From NCBI GenBank assembly GCA_963766075.1, contig CAVYAN010000028.1, positions 1 through 32,884 of the forward strand: a stretch of 32,884 nucleotides of DNA, in the 5' to 3' direction. This document shows, one piece after another, positions 18,976-29,272 of the stretch. The notes under the pieces are model-generated. The model saw only the letters and a program-made list of their open reading frames with translations. It searched no databases and was not told the DNA's origin. Positions within the stretch are counted from its first letter, which is position 1. Each line of letters opens with the position of its first letter. This DNA comes from an uncultured cyanobacterium. Lineage in GTDB: Bacteria > Cyanobacteriota > Cyanobacteriia > Leptolyngbyales > Leptolyngbyaceae. The translations under genes and the position numbers were made by a program.

Positions 18976-19755
18976 ATGCCTACGACCGTACATCAAGCGC
19001 TAAAGGGCGACAGTTTGGAACTTTTGAGCCAGTATCAGAAGTCGCCCACGCCAACTATTCGCAATCAGTTAGTTGAGTTGAATGTTGGTTTGGTCCGAAA
19101 GGAAGCGCACCACTGGATGCATCAATGCACGGAGAGCTACGAGGATTTGTTACAAGTTGGATGTATCGGCCTGATTCATGCAATTGAACGCTTTGATATG
19201 TCGAAGGGACATGCATTTAGCTCCTTTGCCATGCCTTACATTCGAGGCGAAATTCAGCACTACTTACGGGATAAGAGTCCTTGTGTGCGGATTCCGCGAC
19301 GTTGGCTGACGTTGCAAGGGCAGGCGATCGCCTTCAGCCGGGAATTTCAACCCAAGTTCAACCGCTCCCCAAACGACGCCGAGATTGCAGCAGCGCTGGA
19401 TATCTCCCTAGGTGACTGGCAGGAAGTAAAGCTGGCCCTGCAAAATCGGACATTGTTGAGCCTAGATGCCCCTATTACCGATGAGGATACGGGCGGAGCC
19501 TGCTTAGGCGATTTGGTTCCCGATCATCGGTACCGCAGTTTTCAACTGGCTGAGGAAGATAAAATTCGCTTACAGCAATGTCTTGTACAACTTGAGAAGC
19601 GGACACGGCAAATTCTGGAATTTGTCTTTCTTTATGACCTGACCCAAAAAGAAACGGCGGAACGTCTGGGCATTAGCGCTGTGACGGTTTCTCGCCGCCT
19701 GAAAACGGGATTGTCTTCGCTGCAAACCCTAATGCATGGCACTGATACAGAGTAG
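18976..19755 (+). CDS. sigF: RNA polymerase group 3 sigma factor SigF
   Basis: RNQLVELNVGLVRKEAHHW...YEDLLQVG...AFSSFAMPYIRGEIQHYLRDK, DLTQKETAERLGISAVTVSR. ATG at 18976. Confidence 0.9.
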   Translation: MPTTVHQALKGDSLELLSQYQKSPTPTIRNQLVELNVGLVRKEAHHWMHQCTESYEDLLQVGCIGLIHAIERFDMSKGHAFSSFAMPYIRGEIQHYLRDKSPCVRIPRRWLTLQGQAIAFSREFQPKFNRSPNDAEIAAALDISLGDWQEVKLALQNRTLLSLDAPITDEDTGGACLGDLVPDHRYRSFQLAEEDKIRLQQCLVQLEKRTRQILEFVFLYDLTQKETAERLGISAVTVSRRLKTGLSSLQTLMHGTDTE

Positions 19756-19872
19756 CCAGCAGGGTTCAGAAGGGCCTGTCCCTTGGCTAGAGTTTAAGAA
19801 GTAGGAAGCATTTTTCCCCTTTCCCGCTGCCAAACACAGAGGGAAGGGACCAGGGGTGAGCCAATAAATGAT

Positions 19873-20457
19873 CTACCACCGTCTGGGCTGGATAAATAAG
19901 GCATCGTGGCCGCTTTCATAGAAATGGAGTCGTCCAAAGCCAAGAAATTGTCCGTGGGTCTTTGTGCCCTCAGGGAAAGCGGTCACGCCAAAGAGATACA
20001 CACCACCGTAGAGCGGATTACGCTCGGGCGACAGGGCCAGGGTCACTGTCTGACCGGGGGGGACAGGTGGATCAAAATTAACTGTGACGGTTTGGGTTTT
20101 GCGATCGGCAATCACGGAGCCTAGGGTTATGCGTGGCGTGTTGCGATCGCGCGTGCCAAGAAACGCCGTAATCTGCTGGGGTGAAAAGCGGATGCGATCG
20201 CTGCCTTCCGACTGCGCGATCGTCACCTGCCCCAAGGGCTCTCCGGCATTTGCGGGCACTGCCACAGTAAAGTAGTAGGTCACAACCCAGGCATCCACCG
20301 CCGAGTTAGTCGTGCTAACCGGCCCCAACCGCGGCGGACTGGCAAAGTAAACTGTGCCATCGGCTAGTTGGATCGCCACCGCAGGGCGCGGCGCGATCAG
20401 GATGCCAACCGTGGCTATTAAACCCGTACCAACTAACGCAAAAAGCCAGCGTTTCAT
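19873..20457 (-). CDS. DUF2808 domain secreted protein
   Basis: Signal peptide, QLADGTVYF...PPRL, FDPPVPPGQTVT...RNP...GGVYLFGVTAFP...GQFLGFGRL. Confidence 0.85.
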   Translation of the reverse strand: MKRWLFALVGTGLIATVGILIAPRPAVAIQLADGTVYFASPPRLGPVSTTNSAVDAWVVTYYFTVAVPANAGEPLGQVTIAQSEGSDRIRFSPQQITAFLGTRDRNTPRITLGSVIADRKTQTVTVNFDPPVPPGQTVTLALSPERNPLYGGVYLFGVTAFPEGTKTHGQFLGFGRLHFYESGHDALFIQPRRW

Positions 20458-20635
20458 GATGTTACGCCAATGAACGGACCCGCTCCATCTTAACGAAGAT
20501 GGCATGAGGATGTCTGGACCCTGCTGCGATTTCGTCCCATAGCCTGCGATCTCACTTTAATAATCGAAAGCGCGCATTCCCAATTCGCGGCAGAATGGCA
20601 GAATTCATTGAGCGATCGCAACCCGTTGCCATGAG

Positions 20636-22309
20636 TCAGAAAGTGTAGACCAACCGGACAAACCACTGCCAGATGGTGCCTCGGCTTGATTCGTTGTCCG
20701 GATGGATTACCAGGATTAATCCTGGCGTGAAGGAAATATTGTCGTTGAGCAGCAGTTTATAGAAGCCCTCGAAATTGGTTTGGGTGGCATCTCCCAGGGC
20801 ATCCGTGGCAAAGGGTTGGCCCAGGGCAAGGCCAGCGGTGGTACCGGGGATCAAAAAGTCTTGCAGGGTGGCCCCGATCGCCCAACTCAGCGGGGTGGCA
20901 TCCACGTCTTGCTGAATAACTGTATTAAACCCATCGTACTTCCCCCAGCCTACGCGACCAAATACACCGACAAACTCATTAATAAACCATTCCCCATTCA
21001 GACCAAGGGCGGTAATCGTCATGTCGTTAATTTTGGCGTGGGTGAACTGGGCACGGAGATTAATGTCGGATCGGATAGCGTACTCGGCTTCTACGGTAGC
21101 TTGGTAGCGATCGCCAAACAGGCCACCCTGGCTGAGGGCATTTGGGTTAGGGCGATCACCATCCGCAGCGGCATAGACCCCCCGCAGCATGAGGGGTAAG
21201 GTTTTTGAGGGCTGCCACTCCAATGCTATGCCGGCCCCACCGGGGCGATCGATCGCATTTTGAATGGTCAGAGGGTTATTGGCAAAAAAGCTAGAAGCAA
21301 AATTCTGGGCGGAATCATTGGCAAACTGATTCTGGTCCACAAAGTCGTGGGGCGATAGGCGAGGCCCAATAGAAACCTTCAAATTGTCCAGGGGTTTGAA
21401 GCTGTAGTAGAGCCGACGCAACTGGAACTCGCGGGGCACTTGGGCATAGTCCAATCCCCCGCCATCAACAATCACCCCAGCAGTGCCTAGCCGGTTGTTG
21501 ACGCCGCGATTGTGGGCTCGCGCTACCGCATCTACCGCATCATTGCCCGCTTCCAATTGGGTCACCAATGCTTCCTGGGGACCAAAGTGGGTGTGCAGCG
21601 TCAATCGGGTGCGAGACACGGGAAGACCGCGTGCATTGTTGCCATCGGTATAGGCCAATATTACCTGTCCGGATAACTTGCTGGTCAGGGAGAAGGGTTG
21701 GGAGTCCAGCCGTTGTATGAGGCTTTCTAGGGCAGGGAGGCGATCGCTCAAATCCTGGGCGATGCTGCCGTAGTTTGCCTGTAATCGTCGTAGCGTTGCG
21801 ATGTCTTCCCGTGAGGGCACAATTTGCCCCGATTCAATTAATTGTTGCAGAGTGGTAAACAGTTGGGCCACCGCTGCTGCAAATTCTGCCCGCGTCATGG
21901 CGCGATCGCCCCGAAAAGTGCCATCGGGAAATCCGCTGGGCACTCCATACCGCTGGATCAAATTCCGCAGTGCGGAGTAGGCCCAGTCCTGGGGCGTGAC
22001 ATCCCGAAACTCTGCCACAGAACGCACCTGTGCCATAGGAGCGTCACCCGCCGTCAGACAGCCCTCCACGGCCACATCCGGCGCATACTCCGGCAAGGCA
22101 ACGCAACTGAATTCTGGACCCGCGAACGCAGGCCCAACCAATGCAGGTCGAGCTGTCTCAGCCTCGGCGGATACCGGTTGAGACAGCTCAGATTGAGCCT
22201 CAGATTGAGATGGCTCAGTTGCCGCCTGCACGCCCCTGGGTAAAACTTGAGCGCACGCCACTAAGCCGCCCAGCCCGATCGCTAGCCAGTTCACCTGATT
22301 TACCACCAT
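20636..22309 (-). CDS. Cyanobacterial SLH-domain outer-membrane porin (OprB / iron-uptake porin family)
   Basis: FRDVTPQDWAYSAL...GFPDGTFRGDRAMTRAEFAA (SLH), coiled coil, FSLTSKLSGQV barrel start, terminal Phe. Confidence 0.9.
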   Translation of the reverse strand: MVVNQVNWLAIGLGGLVACAQVLPRGVQAATEPSQSEAQSELSQPVSAEAETARPALVGPAFAGPEFSCVALPEYAPDVAVEGCLTAGDAPMAQVRSVAEFRDVTPQDWAYSALRNLIQRYGVPSGFPDGTFRGDRAMTRAEFAAAVAQLFTTLQQLIESGQIVPSREDIATLRRLQANYGSIAQDLSDRLPALESLIQRLDSQPFSLTSKLSGQVILAYTDGNNARGLPVSRTRLTLHTHFGPQEALVTQLEAGNDAVDAVARAHNRGVNNRLGTAGVIVDGGGLDYAQVPREFQLRRLYYSFKPLDNLKVSIGPRLSPHDFVDQNQFANDSAQNFASSFFANNPLTIQNAIDRPGGAGIALEWQPSKTLPLMLRGVYAAADGDRPNPNALSQGGLFGDRYQATVEAEYAIRSDINLRAQFTHAKINDMTITALGLNGEWFINEFVGVFGRVGWGKYDGFNTVIQQDVDATPLSWAIGATLQDFLIPGTTAGLALGQPFATDALGDATQTNFEGFYKLLLNDNISFTPGLILVIHPDNESSRGTIWQWFVRLVYTF

Positions 22310-22379
22310 TACTCCTCGTCACTCCTCACGCCAACGAATGCTTAGTCCCAATCGGCACAGGCCAGATCGGTACAGCTAA

Positions 22380-22814
22380 TTACAGGGCGATCGCGGTCGC
22401 CACTGGCTGCGAATCCGGCGCTGATGCTGGGGTACCCACCTGGATCAGTTCCACCTTATACCCATCCGGATCCTCCACAAAGGCGATTACGGTCGAACCA
22501 TGCTTCATCGGCCCGGGCTCTCGGCTAATTTTGCCGCCTTGGGCGCGAATAGCCTCACAGGTGCCATAAATATCTTCGACACCCAGGGCAATATGGCCAT
22601 AGGCATCGCCCAAGTCGTACTTTTCCTTGCCCCAGTTATAGGTCAACTCCAGAACACTCGTGTCAGCTTCGTTACCATAGCCCACAAAGGCTAATGTAAA
22701 CTCTCCACCGGGATAATCCTTCCGGCGGAGCAACTGCATCCCTAAGACCTCGCAGTAGAACTTCAAGGACTCTTCTAAATTCCCCACCCGCAGCATGGTG
22801 TGTAATAACCGCAT
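22380..22814 (-). CDS. gloA: Lactoylglutathione lyase (glyoxalase I)
   Basis: [20 protein letters not shown]...LELTYNWG...YGHIAL...[15 protein letters not shown]. Confidence 0.95.
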   Translation of the reverse strand: MRLLHTMLRVGNLEESLKFYCEVLGMQLLRRKDYPGGEFTLAFVGYGNEADTSVLELTYNWGKEKYDLGDAYGHIALGVEDIYGTCEAIRAQGGKISREPGPMKHGSTVIAFVEDPDGYKVELIQVGTPASAPDSQPVATAIAL

Positions 22815-22931
22815 CGTCGTGATCTCCCGTTCAATCTGGCGGATAACGATTTCATTGTAGGGTGCGGGTGGGATTTGGGTGCACATGCGAGAACACGGAG
22901 CGGCCAGGAAGTAGCCCAAGAAAGGCTGGCA

Positions 22932-25900
22932 TCAGCCCGTATTCCGCATGCCGGCAGCGATGCCGTTGATGGTCAGAAGTGCCCCGCGCAGCAATTCCCC
23001 TTTGCTGTAGCGCGATCGCACCACCATACCTGCCGCCGCCTGACTCTTGTGATGGCGCAAGCGCTTCAGTAAAGACACCTGCAGGAAGCCCAAGGGGACG
23101 ATTGTGCCGTTGCGCAACTGCACCGAGCGTTGCAGTTCGGGATCCCCGTCCAACAGGCGCTCATGGCCGGTAATCCGCAGCACCATATCGCGGGTGAGTT
23201 GAAATTCTTCGACGATTTGGTCAAAGACGGGTTGGAAGCGCTCGCGATCGGCGGGCTCACTCAGCTCATGCACGTAGTGGCCAGCAATCTGTAAATCCAC
23301 TTTGGCCAAAGTCATTTCCACTTTAGAAATCGCCATTTTGAAGAACGGCCACTTCACGTAGAAATAGCGCAACAGCTTCAGATGCTCCGTCGGATGCTCG
23401 GCCAGAAACTGCTGTAGAGCCGTGCCAACGCCATACCACGCGGGCAGCAAAAAGCGGCTTTGGGTCCAGCTAAATACCCAGGGAATCGCCCGCAGACTGC
23501 CGAGATCCTTTTTGCCGCCCCGACGGGCGGGCCGGGAACTGATTTGCAGTTGACTGATTTCTTCAATTGGGGTGACTTGGTGGAAGAAGTCAATGAAGTC
23601 GGGCTGTTCGTAAATCAATGCGCGGTAGTGTTTCCGGGACTTTTCGGCAATTTCCTCCATGATTTCGTGCCAGGGCTGAATATCATCAAACCCCGTCCGC
23701 AGCAAACTACACTGAATCACCGCTGTGGTTACGGTTTCTAAGTTAAACAGGGCTAATTCCGGCAAGGAATACTTGGAGGCAAGCACTTCCCCCTGCTCGG
23801 TAATTTTGATCCGGCCATTCACACTGCGTCCGGGTTGGGCGAGAATTGCTTCGTAGGCGGGACCGCCGCCCCGACCCACGGAGCCGCCCCGACCATGGAA
23901 AATGCGAAGGTTTACCCCATAGGCTTCGGCGATGGCTTGGAGAGATTGCTGGGCCTTATGGATTTCCCAGTTGCTGCTCAGGAAACCGGAGTCTTTGTTG
24001 CTGTCGGAATAGCCCAGCATGACTTCTTGCAGGGAGTTAGAGCTGCGCTCCAACATACTGCGATAGACGGGCAACTCAAACAGGTGCGTGAGCACCGCCG
24101 GAGCTTTCAGCAAGTCTTCGACAGTTTCAAACAGGGGCACAACCTGAATGGAACTGATCCCCGTGGTGGGATCATACAGCCCGGTCTCCTTGGCTAAAAG
24201 CAGCACTTCCAGAAGATCGCTAGCGTCGTGACTCATACTAATCACGTAGGTTTGGCAAATGGAGGGGCCAAATTCTTGCTGCATTCGACGGACCGTGCGC
24301 AGGGTTTCGATCGCTTCACTGGTTTTTTCGGAAAAGGGCAGCTCGGCGGGAATCAGGGGCCGCCGGGTTTGCAGTTCAGTGGCCAGCCACAGCGATCGCT
24401 CGGCTTCAGTCATGGCGTTGTAGGGCTTGGGCAGCACTTGCAGGTACTCAGCAATTTCGCCAATCGTGTCGGAGTGACGGGTGCTTTCCTGACGAATGTC
24501 CAGATGGGCTAGGGTAAAGCCGTAGATTTCGGCTTGGCAAATCAGCGTGTCTAGATCACGACAACTCGAGCCCCGTTTCCTTCAGATTGCGATTAATCAG
24601 GCGGAGTTCGGCCAGAAACTCATCCCCGGACAGGTAGGCCGTAGCAGGATTGTGGGAGTTGAGGATATCTCGATCGAGGAAATTACTGTTGTAGAGCTTA
24701 TCGTTGCGATCGCGGGTATTTTCCAGGCGCTTCAGGATATAAGCTAGCTTGAGCCGATAGGGTTCCTGCCGATAGCGAATGGCAAGGCTCTCGTAGAATA
24801 TCCGGCATCTGGACCTGATCGTGTTCCAGAGATTCCAGGAGATCGGGAAGGACATCACTCCAGTGGAGGGAAAGGCTGAGGAGGTCAATCAGCCGCCGCA
24901 CGGACTGAATGTACTTGCCTAGAACCAAGCTGCGCTGGTAGCAGGCCGTTTGCCAGGTAACTTCGGGAGTGACGGAGGGGTTGCCATCGCGATCGCTGCC
25001 CACCCAGGAGCCAAACTTGCAAAAATTATGATCTGGCGGCTGCATCTTGGGGAAAGATGCTTGCATGGCTTGGGTAATGCGCTGATAAAGCTGAGGAATA
25101 GCATCAAACAGCACTTCCTGGAAGTAATGCAGGGTGTAGTCCACTTCATCCAAAACCGTGGGCTTAAACTGATGGAGCTCATCCGTCCGCCACCAGAGGC
25201 GAATTTCCTCCGTGAGTTGGGACCACAGTGCTCGCGCTTCCCAGGACTCAGCGGGGACACCCAGGGCGGTCAACCGATCTTCCAGCCTGATCCAGTTCCC
25301 GCAGAATTTTGGCAATGCGACGCTGCTTATCGCGAATGGTGTGCCGAACAATTTCCGTGGGGTGAGCCGTAAACACCAAGCGCACATCCAACTGGCTAAT
25401 CAATCTGCTGAATTTGCCGAGGCGGCACATTCAAAGCCTGCAGTTTTGGAAACAGAGAGTAAAACGTATTGGAGTTTTTAGAGGATTCCGGGCTCTGGAG
25501 GCTTTTCTCCAACAGGTTCGCTTCCAAACTGCTGGTTTGGCCTGCGCCCTCTTCATCCCGCCATAGATCGCTACGACTGCCATTTGCCATTTCTTTGGCC
25601 AGATCTAGTGGGGCGGTATCGCGGGCGGTGCGGTATTGCTCTTGCTGATCCCGCTGTTCGTAGTGCTGTTCAACGATGTTAATCAGTTGAAAATACAGAG
25701 CAAAGGCTCGGGCGGCGCGGATGGCTTCGTTCAAATCAAGTTTTTCGATCACCTTCAGCAGTTCTGATTCGATCAAACTGGCTTGTCCTTCGGGCGAGGA
25801 GAGGTGTCGGAGTTGATTGAGTAAATCGACCAATTCCTGCCCGCAGTCTTGACGCAGCACCGATTCCCACAGATCTTCAACGATTTTGACCCGACGACGC

Positions 25901-26031
25901 AATAACAAATCCGATGTAGCAGTCAGGTCTGGGACAGTCATATCGGTGAGGTTGATGCTGGGGGCGGCTGGGGATGTAGCGGACAATTGGGATGCAAGGG
26001 CTTTGTCGGAGGGAGGTCGTTTCGCGCTCAT
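22932..26031 (-). CDS. ppc: Phosphoenolpyruvate carboxylase (4 apparent +1 frameshifts near 25403, 25285, 24800, 24567)
   Basis: Consecutive ORF pieces carry [64 protein letters not shown] and terminal [10 protein letters not shown]. Confidence 0.93.
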
Positions 26032-26404
26032 GAAATCTGCTCTCGCCAAGAATATCTAAACAATTCTAGGGGGAAAGCCCGGAATTTTGAGTGAAAGGCG
26101 AACAGAAGAATCGCGATCGCAGGGCAATTGGTCTGAATGGATACAAAAATCGCGATCGCAGCGCTCCAATGTTTAAAATATCGTTACAAACCAATGCATT
26201 AATATAAGAATATCTAAAGATTCTCCGGGGAATGATTAATGCATTGGCCAGACTGGAGGCTACGACTCAGCGCTTCATCTGCCATTAATCCGTCATCAAA
26301 AACTGTGCGTCAAAGCCACAATTCAATGCCATGGAGTCAATGCCATGGAGAGCTAGAGACTGTGCTTAAAACCCTTAAATTCCTCAAAGAAATTCCTTAA
26401 AAAC

Positions 26405-26434
26405 TTAGGGGCATGCCAGTCAGCATGCCCCTAA
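26405..26434 (-). terminator. Intrinsic terminator downstream of tRNA-Leu
   Basis: 12-bp stem TTAGGGGCATGC-N6-GCATGCCCCTAA followed on the minus strand by GTTTTT. Confidence 0.75.
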
Positions 26435-26471
26435 ATCTCGGTTACTTACCCTTTTATTTACCCTTTAATAA

Positions 26472-26555
26472 TGCGGAACCCGGGACTTGAACCCGGAAGG
26501 TATTGCTACCACTAGAACCTGAATCTAGCGCGTCTGCCAATTCCGCCAGTTCCGC
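26472..26555 (-). tRNA. trnL: tRNA-Leu(CAG)
   Basis: Reverse complement GCGGAACTGGCGGAATTGGCAGACGCGCTAGATT-CAG-GTTCTAGTGGTAGCAATACCTTCCGGGTTCAAGTCCCGGGTTCCGCA. Long variable arm; CCA not encoded. Confidence 0.96.
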
Positions 26556-26963
26556 CTGGGGAAGCGATGTGTGTCGCGATTCCCTATAGTGCGGCAAGGT
26601 GTAACGTCTGTCAATCCCTTTTCGAGAAAAACCGCACGCGATTTTCGGTGCTACTGTGGCGGGGTGAGGCGAGAGCAATCCCAAAGATCCTGGACAATCT
26701 ACAACTTTCCGGTAGAATCTAAACCAAATCGGCTAAATCAAATCGGAAACTTAACCAAAGTTTGGATTTCTATAAATTTCGGCAAAATATCGCCCAAATT
26801 TAGGCCATTTCTCGGATGTCGATGGGACGGTCTGTCTGCCTAGGGTTGCTTCGGTGTAGCCTGGTTCCCAATGTTCGCCGATGTCATAGCCGATGTCATA
26901 TGTCTTAATATCAATGCGCTCCTGAAGGCGCTCCCTTGTAGATCTTTACTGGAGGACGGACCC

Positions 26964-28331
26964 ATTACTTTTTCGCCAATCCTAACCAACTCTTCCGCTG
27001 CGGCTGAGCCTGAATCTGTGCTACAGGTTTGGGGTGGGCAGTCCCTTAGCGGACACGTCGCCATTAGCGGAGCCAAAAACTCGGCACTGGTGATTATTGC
27101 GGGTGCTTTGCTTTGTCCCGACGACTGTCGGCTGCGGAATGTGCCGTTTCTGGCCGATGTGACTCGCATGAGCGAGATTCTGATGGCCCTCGGGGTAACG
27201 GTACAGCGGGATGGGGACTGTCTGGATATCAATGCTGCCCATATTTTTCACGATAAAGCACCCTATGAACTGGTGAGCCAATTGCGGGCCAGTTTCTTTG
27301 CGATCGGACCGCTGTTGGCGCGTCTGGGGGCAGCACGCATTCCGTTGCCCGGTGGATGTGTGATTGGCGCGCGGCCCGTGGATTTGCATGTGCGCGGATT
27401 GCAGGCAATGGGAGCCGAGGTGCATATTGATCACGGCATGGTGAACGCCTATGTCAAAGGCGCGAGTAAGCGCCTGAAAGGGGCACGGATTTACCTGGAC
27501 TATCCCAGTGTGGGCGCGACAGAAACCCTGATGATGGCGGCCACCCTAGCCGAGGGTGAAACCATTTTGGAAAATGCGGCCCAAGAGCCGGAAGTGATGG
27601 ATTTGGCGAATTTCTGTTGCGCTATGGGGGCGCAGATTCGCGGTGCGGGCACGAATACCATTGTGATTACCGGGGTGCCCAAGCTACATGCGGTGGATTA
27701 CACGATCATCCCGGATCGGGTGGAAGCGGCCACGTTTCTGATTGCAGGGGCCATTACGCATTCTGAGATTACGGTGTCTCACTTGATTCCGGATCACTTG
27801 GCCGCAGTGATTGCCAAGCTGCGGGATATGGGGGTGCGGGTGGTGCTGGAAGGGCCAATGGCCTTGCGAGTGGTGCCGACGGCAAAGTTGGTGGGTACGG
27901 ATATTGAGACGCTGCCCTATCCCGGTTTTCCGACGGATGTACAGGCCCAGTTTATGGCGTTGCTGACGGTGAGCGATGGCGATAGCATGGTGACGGAGAC
28001 GGTCTTTGAAAACCGCCTGCGCCATGTGGCCGAGCTGAACCGGATGGGCGCAGATATTCGATTGAAAGGGAATATTGCGGTGATTCGCGGGGTGCCGTTT
28101 TTGTCGGGGGCTCCGGTGGTGGCGTCGGATCTGCGGGCGTCGGCGGCGCTGGTGTTGGCGGGTTTGGCAGCCCAGGGCGAAACGGTGATTCAAGGGTTGC
28201 ATCACCTTGATCGCGGCTATGACAACCTAGAGGGCAAGCTGCGCCAGTTGGGGGCTCGGATTCACCGGGTGAATCTCGGCGAACGGGTGGGGTTGGAAAC
28301 GGCAGGGGCGATCGCCCATCCCATGACTTAA
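26964..28331 (+). CDS. murA: UDP-N-acetylglucosamine 1-carboxyvinyltransferase
   Basis: [60 protein letters not shown]. Start uncertain (ATT 26964 proposed; the ORF track gives 26871). Confidence 0.95.
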   Translation: MTFSPILTNSSAAAEPESVLQVWGGQSLSGHVAISGAKNSALVIIAGALLCPDDCRLRNVPFLADVTRMSEILMALGVTVQRDGDCLDINAAHIFHDKAPYELVSQLRASFFAIGPLLARLGAARIPLPGGCVIGARPVDLHVRGLQAMGAEVHIDHGMVNAYVKGASKRLKGARIYLDYPSVGATETLMMAATLAEGETILENAAQEPEVMDLANFCCAMGAQIRGAGTNTIVITGVPKLHAVDYTIIPDRVEAATFLIAGAITHSEITVSHLIPDHLAAVIAKLRDMGVRVVLEGPMALRVVPTAKLVGTDIETLPYPGFPTDVQAQFMALLTVSDGDSMVTETVFENRLRHVAELNRMGADIRLKGNIAVIRGVPFLSGAPVVASDLRASAALVLAGLAAQGETVIQGLHHLDRGYDNLEGKLRQLGARIHRVNLGERVGLETAGAIAHPMT

Positions 28332-28408
28332 CCAAATCCGAGGTGAAGTTATCCGGATTAGAGGCGTTGGCCTTGGAATAACGGAGTGGTAGATGCACCC
28401 TGATTTTG

Positions 28409-28436
28409 ACCCCTAGCCAAAGGCTAGGGGTTTTTT
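28409..28436 (+). terminator. Intrinsic terminator after murA
   Basis: ACCCCTAGCC-AAA-GGCTAGGGGT followed by a T-run. Confidence 0.85.
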
Positions 28437-28698
28437 ATTGTTTGAGTTTTACGGGCACAGTTGTCACTGACTGGCTGCAAATTTTAATGGCCGCAAGTTT
28501 AATGGCCGCAGAGAGACCCGGCATTCACGCTAGCTTTGATTTTATTTTGCGATTTTTATCTTGCTACTTCGCCCGATGCGTTGTCATCAGACGGCTGCGC
28601 GAATGCAGGCATTTAGGGGCTTCCCAGAAATAAATCGTGCCAGGTCTAAGGCACTAAGGCATATTCCATAAAATAATCATTCCAAACAAGCGGCCCGC

Positions 28699-28782
28699 GT
28701 AGGGGTGGTAAGCGCAGCCATGCCGCAGGCTTTAGCATTTGGCCACAGTCTTTGCAGTACCGCCAATCTTACTGCCAAAGGC
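28699..28782. repeat. Degenerate cyanobacterial REP-like element
   Basis: Begins GTAGGGG. Imperfect inverted repeat GCATTTGGC (28735-28743) / GCCAAAGGC (28774-28782). Confidence 0.4.
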
Positions 28783-29020
28783 GTAGTTAGTCAGAGCAAT
28801 AGGAATAGTTAAGTGAGAATGGCTGAGAAGCTTATGGTCAGACTTTGTGGCAGCACGTAAATATCGAGAACGTCTTTACAGACATCAATGCCTATCCATG
28901 CTTTTTCTGGTGTCATCGTTTATGCTGAAGTTGAATTACTTTGTCCCTTTGACAACTCGTCCTTGCGAATACGGTATTTTCTACCCAGGTTGGGACGGGT
29001 TGCCTATCCCTGAAGATACA

Positions 29021-29048
29021 AGGTTGGGTTGAGACACAAAACCCAACA
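29021..29048. repeat. REP-like hairpin GTTGGGTT-N9-AACCCAAC
   Basis: Perfect 8-bp stem; resembles the (GT)AGGTTGGGTTGA...AAACCCAAC dispersed repeats I recall from cyanobacterial genomes. Confidence 0.55.
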
Positions 29049-29272
29049 GCCCCAGGCCTTAGCCAACCGGATTGACTGACACAACTCTTGAGAACCCAAT
29101 TGCTTCATTGTGATCCCACCCAGAACTTGAGTTCTGGGCAGGTGGCTTGATCAGATGGCAACGCGGCTTTGCTGTTGGCAATGACACCCTTGACGCGATC
29201 GCCGACGGAATTGCTAGGAACCCCGTCCTATGGCAGACTAGCGACTATCCCCCCTGGTCATCGCCTATCCCC

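Noticed and set aside
22932..26031. ppc pseudogene or programmed frameshifting
   Set aside because: All motifs are intact, no slippery-site pattern is shared, and the same lesion type occurs in unrelated genes.
26472..26555. tRNA-Leu as an integration site for an island
   Set aside because: No integrase, no duplicated tRNA 3-prime end seen, and core genes lie on both sides.
28847..29032. 61-aa ORF and an overlapping 41-aa ORF (28888-29013)
   Set aside because: No SD, no recognisable motif, and they overlap repeat-like DNA.
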